A DNA stretch of 63,875 nt, counting the filler. It is 6 parts of 6 records of this genome, joined end to end, with 100 filler letters (N's around TTAATTAATTAA, not from the genome) between each part and the next. Parts side by side here need not be neighbours in the genome. Positions count along the whole stretch, not along the records: positions 1 to 5,600 come from SRR31156797_9442; positions 5,701 to 11,052 come from SRR31156797_9459; 4 more parts are not named here. One strand, given 5' to 3'. Positions 1-9,557 of this stretch are shown here, piece by piece. The stretch's first letter is position 1, and every line of letters begins with the position of its first letter. The notes under the pieces are model-generated. The model was given only the letters and a program-made list of their open reading frames with translations, was not told where the DNA came from and made no database searches. The position numbers and the translations under genes are program-made.

Positions 1-62
1 CTTGAAACCTGAACCGAATCGACGTTAGTCGATAAGTTCAGCGACGAAGGAGCTAAACTTTT

Positions 63-2573
63 TTACGCTGAGTTCCTACTGGCATTAATATTCCCATACA
101 ACGCTCTAACTACCAGCTTTTCATACAATTCTTTATCTTTTTGGTCTTTAGAAGACAGTTTCTGTAAAGCATAATTCTGAATAATCAATAAAGGCAATAC
201 AATTTTTTCTCGCGATGCTACAGATGCCTGTGATGAGGGTGAATCTTCCATTAAATCCTGCATGCCTGAAATTTCCAGAAGCATCTCTTTTGTGAGTTTG
301 TATTCCTCATGGAGCATATTCCAAAACTCACCAAATTCTTTATGCTTACTGATATATGAGGTTAGCTCAAAATATGTTTTTGCTAACGACATCATAGCAT
401 TCTCCATTAATGTTTTGAAAAACGGAACATCATGATACAATTTTTTCAAAAGGTCAATTTTTCCTTCTGATTTCATTTCAGCCAATGCTGTTCCTAATCC
501 ATAATAACCCGGAATATTTTGTTTTAGCAAACTCCATGAACCAACATAGGAGATGGCTCTTAAATCTTTCAATGTGAGCTTTTTACCACTACCTCTTTTA
601 GCCGGCCTACTACCAATTTTGGCTGCTCCATAATATTTGAGCGTACTCATTTGTTCCAGATACGGAATGAATTTGTCGTGTTGCTTTAGCTTAATGTACT
701 TTTGATAGCTTTTTTGACTAAGCTGTTCAATGATCGATCTAACTTTGTGTTTCGATAAACTATAGTCTGGAATCAGATGGCTGTAAAGCCCTGAAGTTAC
801 AATCTGCTCGGCATTGAATTTAAATTTCTGTTTTGTGCCATATTTACTGGTAATGGTCTGACCTTGAATGGTTAATTGGATTTCGTTATTAGGTACATTA
901 ATGCCTTGTGACGCATAAAATTGATGGGTTTTTCCTCCTCCACGGGCAGGCGGTCCTCCGCGGCCATCAAAGAAAATAGCTTCAATATCGTGCTGGTTGC
1001 AAATTTCTGTGAGGTGCTCTTTGGCTTTGTGAATTGACCAGTTAGCATTCATATATCCACCATCTTTTGTGCCATCAGAAAATCCAAGCATTATAGTTTG
1101 GCGGTCCACACGTTTTTGCATGTGGGCACGGTACTCTGGAATGCTGAAAAGCTCATCCATTACATCTTCAGCATCTTCCATTCCATCCATGGTTTCAAAC
1201 AATGGAACAATGTCAAATTGAATATCTTTCTCAGGTATAAGCCAACGCATTAATCCATACACGAACAATACAGAAAAGATATCTTCAGAATTGCTTATTA
1301 TATATCGATGGCAGCCTTTTTCGCCATTATTCTGCTGAATGAATGGTAACTCACGAATATTTAAAATAGTGTCTTCGATCAACCCATCAGCCTCAATCTT
1401 CTCTGGAATATCAATTTTTTCTCTAACCAATATGTTGATTAATTCCTCTTTTGACAATTCATCCAGACTGGATTGAATTTTCCCGGCTTTTTGAAGTAAG
1501 TATGTGATGGTTTGTTTATGAACGCTATGATCCTGACGGATATCCAATGCAGCAAAATGAGTTTTGAAGATGCGCAAGCGATCAATAAGGTCGTCTATTT
1601 CTTCTGTATATAAGTTTTCATATTGTTGTTCAACTTCGGATTTTATCCAGCGTAGTTTTTCAATGATGTAACGATGACCAATAACCTGACGATGATCAAA
1701 CATAGCCTTGTACACAGCATCAGTCAATTCTTTGATTGCAGGGGCTACTGTTTTAAAAGTAAGCTTCGAACGTAAGTTTTTTAAATCTCCATAATAACAT
1801 TTCATGAGGTTTGTTCGCAGCTCTGCCGCCACTCTCTGGGTTGTTTTATATGTAACATATGGATTGCCATCACGGTCGCCACAAGGCCAAAATCCCAGCG
1901 TGATTAGCTTTGGGTTGTCGAATCCGGGGATTTGCTTTTTCAACTCTTTATGGAACTCTCCAATGGCATCGTAATAGAAGGTTCTGCATAAGTGAATAAT
2001 ATTTCTTGCTTCATCCAGGGGCGTTGGGTTGTCTGAATTTACTAATGAAGTTAGTCCTAATTGATGCAGCAGAATATCCACCTTTTCCAGATTGTTTTTC
2101 TGAATGTGTTTTCTCAATTTAGCCATAATATCTAATACAGCAGGGGTGTAAAACTGCGTTGGATGTGCTGTAAGTACAATTCTTGATTTGAATGAATTGA
2201 GTTTTTGAATAAGTGACTCCTTTTCTGAATCTGTGTGCACACCAGAAAACAAACTGTCAATACTTAAGAAACTTTCATGATGTAAATGGTTAGGTAGTTC
2301 GGAATCTTCTACGCTATCAAATAATACAACTTGACGTTCAACATATTGAATCACTTTGAACATGAAGTCAAACTTATCTTCACCGATAAGATCAGCGTGT
2401 TTTTTTATAAATCCGTCCAGAATTTCAACTGGACTCTGTGCTTCATCCAGGTGCTTTTTTGCATAACTACTTAAAAGTGGAATAAGGTGTCCAACAGTAT
2501 CAGAACCCTGATAGTCAAGATTTAAGAACATACTGTTGAATATCTGATATTTTTTATCGACGGTATTTGGCAT
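63..2573 (-). CDS. ppc: Phosphoenolpyruvate carboxylase
   Basis: 836 aa; PEPC motifs VLTAHPT, GDRDGNP, MLGFSDGTKDGG, FDGRGGPPARGGG, LRAI, C-terminal RNSA. Confidence 0.97.
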   Translation of the reverse strand: MPNTVDKKYQIFNSMFLNLDYQGSDTVGHLIPLLSSYAKKHLDEAQSPVEILDGFIKKHADLIGEDKFDFMFKVIQYVERQVVLFDSVEDSELPNHLHHESFLSIDSLFSGVHTDSEKESLIQKLNSFKSRIVLTAHPTQFYTPAVLDIMAKLRKHIQKNNLEKVDILLHQLGLTSLVNSDNPTPLDEARNIIHLCRTFYYDAIGEFHKELKKQIPGFDNPKLITLGFWPCGDRDGNPYVTYKTTQRVAAELRTNLMKCYYGDLKNLRSKLTFKTVAPAIKELTDAVYKAMFDHRQVIGHRYIIEKLRWIKSEVEQQYENLYTEEIDDLIDRLRIFKTHFAALDIRQDHSVHKQTITYLLQKAGKIQSSLDELSKEELINILVREKIDIPEKIEADGLIEDTILNIRELPFIQQNNGEKGCHRYIISNSEDIFSVLFVYGLMRWLIPEKDIQFDIVPLFETMDGMEDAEDVMDELFSIPEYRAHMQKRVDRQTIMLGFSDGTKDGGYMNANWSIHKAKEHLTEICNQHDIEAIFFDGRGGPPARGGGKTHQFYASQGINVPNNEIQLTIQGQTITSKYGTKQKFKFNAEQIVTSGLYSHLIPDYSLSKHKVRSIIEQLSQKSYQKYIKLKQHDKFIPYLEQMSTLKYYGAAKIGSRPAKRGSGKKLTLKDLRAISYVGSWSLLKQNIPGYYGLGTALAEMKSEGKIDLLKKLYHDVPFFKTLMENAMMSLAKTYFELTSYISKHKEFGEFWNMLHEEYKLTKEMLLEISGMQDLMEDSPSSQASVASREKIVLPLLIIQNYALQKLSSKDQKDKELYEKLVVRALYGNINASRNSA

Positions 2574-2625
2574 GGATTATTCTTTTTAAATTTAAGCAAA
2601 TGGATTGCTACCTAATCAACACATT

Positions 2626-2633
2626 CAAAGTTA
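2626..2633 (-). promoter_or_regulatory. Bacteroidota -7 promoter element (TAACTTTG) of ppc
   Basis: Matches TAnnTTTG about 50 nt upstream of the ATG; retained as TAAATTTG in the duplicated copy at 5470-5477. Confidence 0.6.
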
Positions 2634-2731
2634 AAGATGTTTGATTTATAATTTATATGACATACATTAAAAATGAGGGAAAAACTATGCACACGTGTGC
2701 GCGAAAGTTTCAGGTATTACCTGAAATCGGA

Positions 2732-2836
2732 GACGCGTCATTGCGATGAGCGGAGAGAAGAAGCAATCTGTTTCAAATTACCTGTACAAGTTCTTTTAAC
2801 AGTTTGCTTCGGCCTGCGGCCTTGCAATGACGCGTC
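2732..2836. repeat. CGTC-type REP/RPE-like nested palindromic element
   Basis: Outer inverted repeat GACGCGTCATTGCGA / TTGCAATGACGCGTC; inner inverted repeat GAAGCAATCTGTT / AACAGTTTGCTTC; GC-rich in AT-rich surroundings. Confidence 0.75.
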
Positions 2837-2880
2837 GCTGAATGAGTTTACATATATCAATATAGATGCTTTATTTAATG

Positions 2881-5148
2881 CTATTCCTCTATTGTAATTT
2901 TAATTGTTATTGAATTATTTTTATTTGAAATGCGGGTAATATAAAACCCCTTATTTAAGCTTGATAAATCAACACTTTGTTGTCCAGCAGATAATATTGT
3001 GCTATAAACAAGTTTTCCTTCAGTTGAAAATATTTCAAAGCTTGATTTTGACTGAATCGGAGTAGAAAAGTTTATAACTCCCAAAGTTGGATTAGGATAA
3101 ATACTAAACCTGCTATTTCCATATTCATTAATTGATCCCACACAAGTCATGTAGAAAGAAATATGTTCTGTGTCAGGAGTTTCTGGTCCATTTTCAAGGT
3201 CAACAGTTGGAATAACAGTCCAATATGTAGTTTCTTCACATATGAACCCAAAAGCATCTGCAATAGGAATTTCATAGTGAGTTTGGCCTTCAGTATAGTT
3301 AATAATTGTTTCAAGTCCTTCCAAATAAGTTTGCCCTTCTAACCAGTGATATATTTTAAAAGCTACAGGGGTGGAGTATTGTTCGTCAGAGTAAAAATCA
3401 AATGATAAGAAATCTTCAACTTTATGCGATGGGTTAGTTAAGTATATGAAAACTGTGTCATTTTCTGCAGGTATCATATTCTCAACAGGATTTGGATAGA
3501 GAAATACTATTTCGTCTGCACCAATATCCGGATTTAGTATGCTCCGTTCTGTACCATCGATATCATGAGAAATAACAAAGGGTTCAGTAATGGGAGAAGC
3601 AGATTCTTGAGCCAGTGTAAACTCATTAAACTGGATATGTAAATCATCTGATGCTTCAAATGGAACGTTTTCTGTAAAAGAATTTTGATCAAAATTCTCA
3701 GCTCTTAATTGGTAATCGGCAAGGGTTGTATCAATTGCAGGGCTTGTTGAATTGTATCCATAAAAAATAGCATTGTTTCCTGAAGGTGTTCCGGCATAAT
3801 AAATATTGTTATTGGTGCTTGAAGCCATATTATCCAATTCAGGTGTTCTTTTGAATAATGCAGAAATAATACCTGTTGGGTTATCCGGTAAGGTTGCAAG
3901 GTTAATAAAAATATTATTTCTCATATCAACAATGTCATCATTATTGTATACGCACATTGCTGCAGATGTATGTGCTTCGTTTGTTGCATCGTATTGAAGC
4001 AAAACTGAGTTATAAAATAGTCGGACAGTACCAAAGGTTCGAACATTGATACCGCGAGTAGCTGCATTGTTTGATAGGGTTGACGCAGGTGCTGCAATGC
4101 CTGAGATCATATTGTTATAGATATTTGCAACTACATCTGTTGCAAAAACCATGATTCCATCGGCAGTATTACTTCCACCTCCAGTTGCTGTTACTCCATT
4201 AATTACATTATTATAAATATTGTGAGTACTTTTACGTGCACTTAGGTACATTCCAAATGAACTTGTAAAAGAACTTGTAATAGACTCTATTCGATTGTTG
4301 AAAATCTCGAATTCGTTAGTTAGTGGTTCACTGGGATTACCACTCGTGGTTGAAATAGCTGCTGGAGCAGTTGTTCCTGAACCTATTCTGGTTAGATCTT
4401 GAATAGAGGTGTTGTAAAGACGAAATCCATTTTGATCATCCACCAAAACTCCACACATAATAAGGTCAGATATTATACTTGTACCATCTTCTTCAGTTCC
4501 AACTTCATTCCCAAAGCTCATTAGTGTTGTAGTACTATTATTCCCATCAAAACTATAACCGATAGAGGTGTTTTGAATCGTATTATTGTAGAAATGATTA
4601 TTATTTGTACTACCATCAATACTTGTTGCCTCTATTGAAGGGGAAACTCGTATAGCTTCAGTTAGATTGACATTTTCCTTGTCCAGTGTAATATTTACAT
4701 TCTTAATAATGTTAAAATGAGCTCCATCAGTTGCAGATGAGTTGGTAATGTATATACCATGTTCCAAAAGGCCATCGACACTCCTAATATCTAAACCATC
4801 GATTGTAACATAATCTGATCCTTGTAGTGTAAATGCAGCTTCGGATGCAGCGGCAGTTGCTGTGAAGTTTAAAATTGGCTTAGTACCTTGTCCATCCCAA
4901 TAGATTTTAATTCTACCAGTTTCCATACCTGACGCCGTTAGCGTAAGTAATGATTCGGCAAAAGTTTGATCACCTGAGATTATAAAATCCACACCATTAT
5001 CCCCAACCCCATGAGTGTTCAAGGAGTCTATAACCGATTGAAAATTTGGGTAGTTTGTTGAAGGGACGTTAATGCTTCCTGTCAATTGGCTCATAGCGTA
5101 AAAGGGTACCAAAAACAAGAATAAGAAAATCGTAAGAATTTGTTTCAT
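2881..5148 (-). CDS. T9SS type A sorting domain protein with parallel beta-helix repeats
   Basis: Signal peptide; repeated IxNNxI / IYNNMISG beta-helix-like motifs; PDIGADE motif; C-terminal IYPNP...LSSLNKGFYI CTD. Confidence 0.8.
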   Translation of the reverse strand: MKQILTIFLFLFLVPFYAMSQLTGSINVPSTNYPNFQSVIDSLNTHGVGDNGVDFIISGDQTFAESLLTLTASGMETGRIKIYWDGQGTKPILNFTATAAASEAAFTLQGSDYVTIDGLDIRSVDGLLEHGIYITNSSATDGAHFNIIKNVNITLDKENVNLTEAIRVSPSIEATSIDGSTNNNHFYNNTIQNTSIGYSFDGNNSTTTLMSFGNEVGTEEDGTSIISDLIMCGVLVDDQNGFRLYNTSIQDLTRIGSGTTAPAAISTTSGNPSEPLTNEFEIFNNRIESITSSFTSSFGMYLSARKSTHNIYNNVINGVTATGGGSNTADGIMVFATDVVANIYNNMISGIAAPASTLSNNAATRGINVRTFGTVRLFYNSVLLQYDATNEAHTSAAMCVYNNDDIVDMRNNIFINLATLPDNPTGIISALFKRTPELDNMASSTNNNIYYAGTPSGNNAIFYGYNSTSPAIDTTLADYQLRAENFDQNSFTENVPFEASDDLHIQFNEFTLAQESASPITEPFVISHDIDGTERSILNPDIGADEIVFLYPNPVENMIPAENDTVFIYLTNPSHKVEDFLSFDFYSDEQYSTPVAFKIYHWLEGQTYLEGLETIINYTEGQTHYEIPIADAFGFICEETTYWTVIPTVDLENGPETPDTEHISFYMTCVGSINEYGNSRFSIYPNPTLGVINFSTPIQSKSSFEIFSTEGKLVYSTILSAGQQSVDLSSLNKGFYITRISNKNNSITIKITIEE

Positions 5149-5267
5149 AATTCTATATTTTAAAGTTCGTCAATAATTTCTGAACCAGTAAGATAGTGGT
5201 TTTTATTAATATAGTCCAGGAAAGACTAAAATTATTGTACTTCTTTAGAAATTATTTGATTATATGA

Positions 5268-5420
5268 AATTTCAATTGGACTTTCAGCCTGTTTTAAATG
5301 CTTTTTAGTTTAACTACTTAAAAGAGGAATAAGGTGTTCAACAATATCAGATCCTTGATAATTAATATTCAGAAACATGCTGTTGAATATCTGGTATTTT
5401 TTATCTACTTTATTCGGCCT
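5268..5420 (-). pseudogene. ppc: Diverged 5' fragment of ppc (codons 1-51), start lost, internal stop
   Basis: Translates RPNKVDKKYQIFNSMFLNINYQGSDIVEHLIPLLSS*TKKHLKQAESPIEI against MPNTVDKKYQIFNSMFLNLDYQGSDTVGHLIPLLSSYAKKHLDEAQSPVEI; ATG to AGG, Y37 to TAA. Confidence 0.9.
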
Positions 5421-5556
5421 GAGTTATTTTTAAATTTTAGCAAATGAATTGCTACATAATCAACACATTCAAATTTAAAGATGTTTTGTGTGAAAATACC
5501 TGACAAATTATAAAAGCGAGGAAAATCTAAGCACACGTGTGCGGGAAAGTTTCAAG
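5268..5556. repeat. Imperfect direct repeat of 2421-2714 (ppc 5' end plus upstream region)
   Basis: Colinear similarity through coding start, promoter and the palindrome GCACACGTGTGC (2689-2700 and 5531-5542). Confidence 0.9.
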
Positions 5557-5600
5557 TTTCAGGTTCAAAGTGTCAGTTCATGCTATAGGTTGACGCAAAG

Positions 5601-5700
5601 NNNNNNNNNNNNNNNNNNNNNNNNNNNNNNNNNNNNNNNNNNNNTTAATTAATTAANNNNNNNNNNNNNNNNNNNNNNNNNNNNNNNNNNNNNNNNNNNN
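5601..5700. other. Artificial contig spacer
   Basis: N44-TTAATTAATTAA-N44 (stops in all six frames). Confidence 0.99.
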
Positions 5701-6316
5701 AACAAAATTTACTCCAATAGATGGACAAGATAAAAACAATATGCCATATTTTGAAAATGATGCTTTACAAACTCAAATAGAAAAATCATTCACTAACTCT
5801 AAAAAGAATTTAAATACAGAATATATTGATACCTATATTCTTCATTCTCCTATATTCCCTGGAAGTAGACTGTTAAAAGCTTGGGAAACTATGAGTAACT
5901 TTTATAATAAAAAAGAAGTAGGGCAGTTAGGAATTAGTAATTGTTATGACTTGGATGTATTAAAGTATTTGTATGAAAAAGTAGAGGTTAAGCCTGCCAT
6001 ATTACAAAATAGATTTTATGCTCAAACATCTTATGATAAAGAACTCAGAGCTTGGTGCAATGAAAAAGGAATTATATATGAAAGTTTTTGGTCTTTGACT
6101 GCAAATCCAGATGTATTAAATAGCAAGTTATTTCTTAAACTATCAGAAAAATATAATAGAAGCAATGTATCTATTTTTTATAGATTTTTAAATCAAATAG
6201 ATATTATTCCTTTAAATGGTACAACTAGAAAAGAACATATGATTGAAGATTTGAAAATATTTGAATTTTCTTTAGAAGAAGAGGATGTTAAAAATATTTT
6301 AGAGTTATTAAAATAG
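5701..6316 (+). CDS. Aldo/keto reductase, 5'-truncated by contig edge
   Basis: TKF...SKKNLNTEYIDTYILHSP, LGISN, PAILQNRF; frame is open back to the contig start. Confidence 0.85.
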
Positions 6317-6330
6317 ATTGTTTTCACAAT

Positions 6331-7065
6331 CTATTTTAACTCAACCCCATACTTAGCAAGTATAGCAGCCCAAGAAACTTTGTTTCCATCTTTATCAAAT
6401 ACAGTTGGAGTTCCTCTTACACCTAATTCTGTAGCAATTTCCATTTGTTCATTTAATTTGTTTTCTAACTGTTTCTCTTCACCATCTTTATATTTTCTAT
6501 TTTTAAATGCCGGTGTATCTTTTGTTGTGTGGATTGCAGCAACTTTATTAGCATTTGAGTCTTTACTCATAATATAAATAGAGATATCTTTTGCATTTGT
6601 ATGCATTGGAAGAGGGAAGAAGAAAATTTTAAATTTTACTTTGTCTTCAATTTTATCAAAGTAAGATTCAAATTTTTTACAATAAGGACACTCTGGGTCT
6701 GTAAATACAACATACTCGTCGCTTCCTGAACCAAAAGTTAGTGCTTCTTTTCCTTGAGTGATTTTTAAATCAACTGGAATATCTGGGATTTGTAAAGGCA
6801 TTCCTGTATTTGTATCAAGCATTTCACCTTGTATTAAAAACTTTTTATTTTTAGTTAAATAAATTTTATGTGCTTGACCTCTAACTTTTATGTTTAGAAG
6901 GTATACATCACCTGCATCAAATCCTCTTTCAACTTTGATTTGTGCTTTTTGAAATAGGTTTAGTCCCTCTATTTCTGTAAGTGTTTTTTTATCTAGTGGC
7001 GTAGATGCAAAAGCAACACCAATCATTGCAAATGCAACGAATACTATCTTTAAAAGTTTAATCAT
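6331..7065 (-). CDS. dsbC: DsbC-family thiol:disulfide isomerase
   Basis: Signal peptide, FTDPECPYC active site, FPLPMH, GVRGTP cis-Pro loop. Confidence 0.85.
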   Translation of the reverse strand: MIKLLKIVFVAFAMIGVAFASTPLDKKTLTEIEGLNLFQKAQIKVERGFDAGDVYLLNIKVRGQAHKIYLTKNKKFLIQGEMLDTNTGMPLQIPDIPVDLKITQGKEALTFGSGSDEYVVFTDPECPYCKKFESYFDKIEDKVKFKIFFFPLPMHTNAKDISIYIMSKDSNANKVAAIHTTKDTPAFKNRKYKDGEEKQLENKLNEQMEIATELGVRGTPTVFDKDGNKVSWAAILAKYGVELK

Positions 7066-7150
7066 TTTATTTCCTGTCTTTAAAATTTCACAATATGATA
7101 CTATGTTTGTGTTTAGAAATCGTGCAGTCTACTGTAAATATAATAATACT

Positions 7151-8050
7151 TTAGACTAATAATTTAAAAATTATAAAAGTTGTTGGAAAAGATATTAAAA
7201 TACCATAACCAACAATTGCTGAACTAAGTCTTGGCGCAAGTCCTGCCATTGATGCAATTGCACCGGCTGTAATCATAGGTGCCATACCTGCTTCAAGTAT
7301 AGATACTAAAGAAGCTTGATTGTCCCAAGCAAATATTTTACATATCCCAAAAGCTATTAATGGAGCAATGATAAGTTTTACACTTAAAGCTACACTAAAA
7401 GGTTTTATTTCATGTCTTGGAAGTTTAAATTGAAGCTGTAATCCAACTGCAACTAAAGCAATTGGCACTATAGTTGATGCTAAATCACTTAAAACCTCGT
7501 TTATAATTGGGTTGAATTCAACACCCATTAAAAATAAAGCAACAACTAAAGATAAAAATGGCGGAAATGTTAAAACTTTAAATACAATAATTTTAAAACT
7601 CAATTCACTTTTACTAGAATAATATGAAGCGATAAAAGTTCCGTAAACTGCTAAGGCTATAAAAGTTCCTAATTGGTCATAAATCAAAACATAAGGTAAA
7701 GCGCTCTCACCTATATATGCATTTACTATAGGAATCCCCATAAAAGAAGAGTTTGTTAATATAGATACTAATAAAAGTGAACCTGTAATCTCTTTTGAAA
7801 AGTTAAAAAATTTACATAGATACAAAATTAAAATAGCAGTGATACCCATAACAAGCCAAGCGATTATGATAGGAATTAATGCATCCATAGAAAAGCTTAA
7901 CTTTGGGATTTGAAGTAAAATCATTGCAGGCAATGATATATAAATGGCAAACTGATTTAATGTAGTTGCAGCATCTTTAGAAAATATATTTAACCTACTG
8001 ATTCCATAACCTAATGCAATACACAATAGAATAAGAATGAAGTTCTCCAT
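7151..8050 (-). CDS. AEC (auxin efflux carrier) family transporter
   Basis: About 10 TM helices; ISLPA, NSSFMGIP, PIALVAVG, KLIIAP, EAGMAP motifs. Confidence 0.85.
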   Translation of the reverse strand: MENFILILLCIALGYGISRLNIFSKDAATTLNQFAIYISLPAMILLQIPKLSFSMDALIPIIIAWLVMGITAILILYLCKFFNFSKEITGSLLLVSILTNSSFMGIPIVNAYIGESALPYVLIYDQLGTFIALAVYGTFIASYYSSKSELSFKIIVFKVLTFPPFLSLVVALFLMGVEFNPIINEVLSDLASTIVPIALVAVGLQLQFKLPRHEIKPFSVALSVKLIIAPLIAFGICKIFAWDNQASLVSILEAGMAPMITAGAIASMAGLAPRLSSAIVGYGILISFPTTFIIFKLLV

Positions 8051-8442
8051 TAAGAGCTAAATCCTACTTTTTCACTAACTTTTAGTTCACAACAAGCTTT
8101 CTCATCTGTCACTTTTCCATGTTCTTCAACATATGAAATGCCCCAATGATACATCTCTTTTAAAACAGCTTTTAATTTTTGTCCTGAATTTGTAAGAGAA
8201 TATACAACTTTTGGAGGAACTTCAGGAAAAACCTCTCTATTTAAAATATTTTTTTCTTCTAATTCTTTTAGTTTTATAGTTAAAGTTTTTTGAGTGATTT
8301 CTGGAATACTTTCATGTAATTCTTTGAATCTTTTTTCACCCTCTAATAGATGCCAAATGATTGCTAATTTCCATCTATCATTAAAAATGTCAAGTGTAAC
8401 TGCAACGGAGCATTTATACTCTTTATCATTTATATAATACAT
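8050..8442 (-). CDS. HxlR/YodB-family winged-helix transcriptional regulator
   Basis: CSVAVTLDIF..RWK..IIWHL..KRFKEL..ITQKTLT..LKELE..EVPPKVVYSLT; N-terminal Cys. Confidence 0.92.
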   Translation of the reverse strand: MYYINDKEYKCSVAVTLDIFNDRWKLAIIWHLLEGEKRFKELHESIPEITQKTLTIKLKELEEKNILNREVFPEVPPKVVYSLTNSGQKLKAVLKEMYHWGISYVEEHGKVTDEKACCELKVSEKVGFSS

Positions 8443-8490
8443 ATTAAATCCTTTTTCTCTTTTTTATTATACCACAAACACTATAAAATT

Positions 8491-8543
8491 CCATAACTTA
8501 CCTAAAGTATAGCAAGGGTACTTTAAGTTTATTAAAATATAAT
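8491..8543 (+). promoter_or_regulatory. Promoter with candidate HxlR-type operator, copy 1
   Basis: CCATAACTTACCTAAAGTATAGCAAG...TATAAT; near-identical to 9477-9529 with identical spacing. Confidence 0.65.
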
Positions 8544-8576
8544 TCACGAAAAATTACATACTATAAAAGGCAAAAG

Positions 8577-9464
8577 TTGAATAAATCAGAAAACAAAACA
8601 AAATATTTTATTGGAATGATAATAGCAATGGTATTTTGGGGAATTGCTTGGACTTCAGGAAAAGTTGTAATGGAACATTCAACTCCTCAAGTTGCAGCAT
8701 TTTGGAGATATTTTATATCATTTTTAAGTTTTATACCTGTTTTTATATATTTTAAAGTCTCTTTTAAAACTGACAAAATAGGATTTATATATATGTTGTG
8801 TGCTGGTTTATTAAGTGCAGCATTCAATTATCTATTTTTTGTTGGTCTTTCTCATGGAGAAGCAGGTTATGGAGGTACAATAGTTACTTCAATTGTACCT
8901 TTATTGACTTATGTGATGTCAATATTAGTTTTAGGTACAAAAGTAAACAGCAGACAAGTAGTGGCCCTATCTATTGGTTTTTTTGGAGCATTAATACTAT
9001 TAAGAGTTCCTATGGATGGATTAGCCTTTTTAAATATAAACAGTTCATACTTTTTGTTATGTGCTTTAGTTTGGGCAATTGTTACAATCTTAGCACAAAA
9101 AGCATCTTCTAGAGCAAATCCTATGTTGTATACTTTAATAGTTTTTGGAATTACAAGTATTGTTAATTTGTTTTTTGCATTACCTTATCATCCATTTAAT
9201 TTTTCACAATTAGATTCAGTGTTTTGGTTTAATATGATATTTATAGGTCTTTTCTCTGGAACATTTAGTATGACTTTATTTTTCGTTTCAGCAAGTCATA
9301 TAGGTGCACATCAAACAGGTGTATTTATGTTTATTGTACCAATTGGGGCTATTATTTCTAGTTGGGTTGTGTATGGCGAAGAGATAATGTTATCTACAAT
9401 ACTTGGATGTGCTTTATCTTTTGTTGCAGTAATTTTATTTAATACAAAGAAAAAAATAGTTTAA
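8577..9464 (+). CDS. DMT/EamA family transporter
   Basis: About 10 TM helices, two EamA halves; TTG start. Confidence 0.85.
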   Translation: MNKSENKTKYFIGMIIAMVFWGIAWTSGKVVMEHSTPQVAAFWRYFISFLSFIPVFIYFKVSFKTDKIGFIYMLCAGLLSAAFNYLFFVGLSHGEAGYGGTIVTSIVPLLTYVMSILVLGTKVNSRQVVALSIGFFGALILLRVPMDGLAFLNINSSYFLLCALVWAIVTILAQKASSRANPMLYTLIVFGITSIVNLFFALPYHPFNFSQLDSVFWFNMIFIGLFSGTFSMTLFFVSASHIGAHQTGVFMFIVPIGAIISSWVVYGEEIMLSTILGCALSFVAVILFNTKKKIV

Positions 9465-9476
9465 ATTTTAAAATTA

Positions 9477-9529
9477 CCATTACTTACCTAAAGTAAAGTA
9501 AGAGTATTTTAAGTTTATAGTGTTATAAT
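9477..9529 (+). promoter_or_regulatory. Promoter with candidate HxlR-type operator, copy 2
   Basis: CCATTACTTACCTAAAGTAAAGTAAG...TATAAT; imperfect palindrome TACTTAC-N5-GTAAAGTA. Confidence 0.65.
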
Positions 9530-9557
9530 TTCTCTCAAGATATGAAAGGATTATTTT

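Noticed and set aside
2673-2897. 74-aa ORF over the palindromic element
   Set aside because: Translation of a non-coding repeat; overlaps the T9SS gene end
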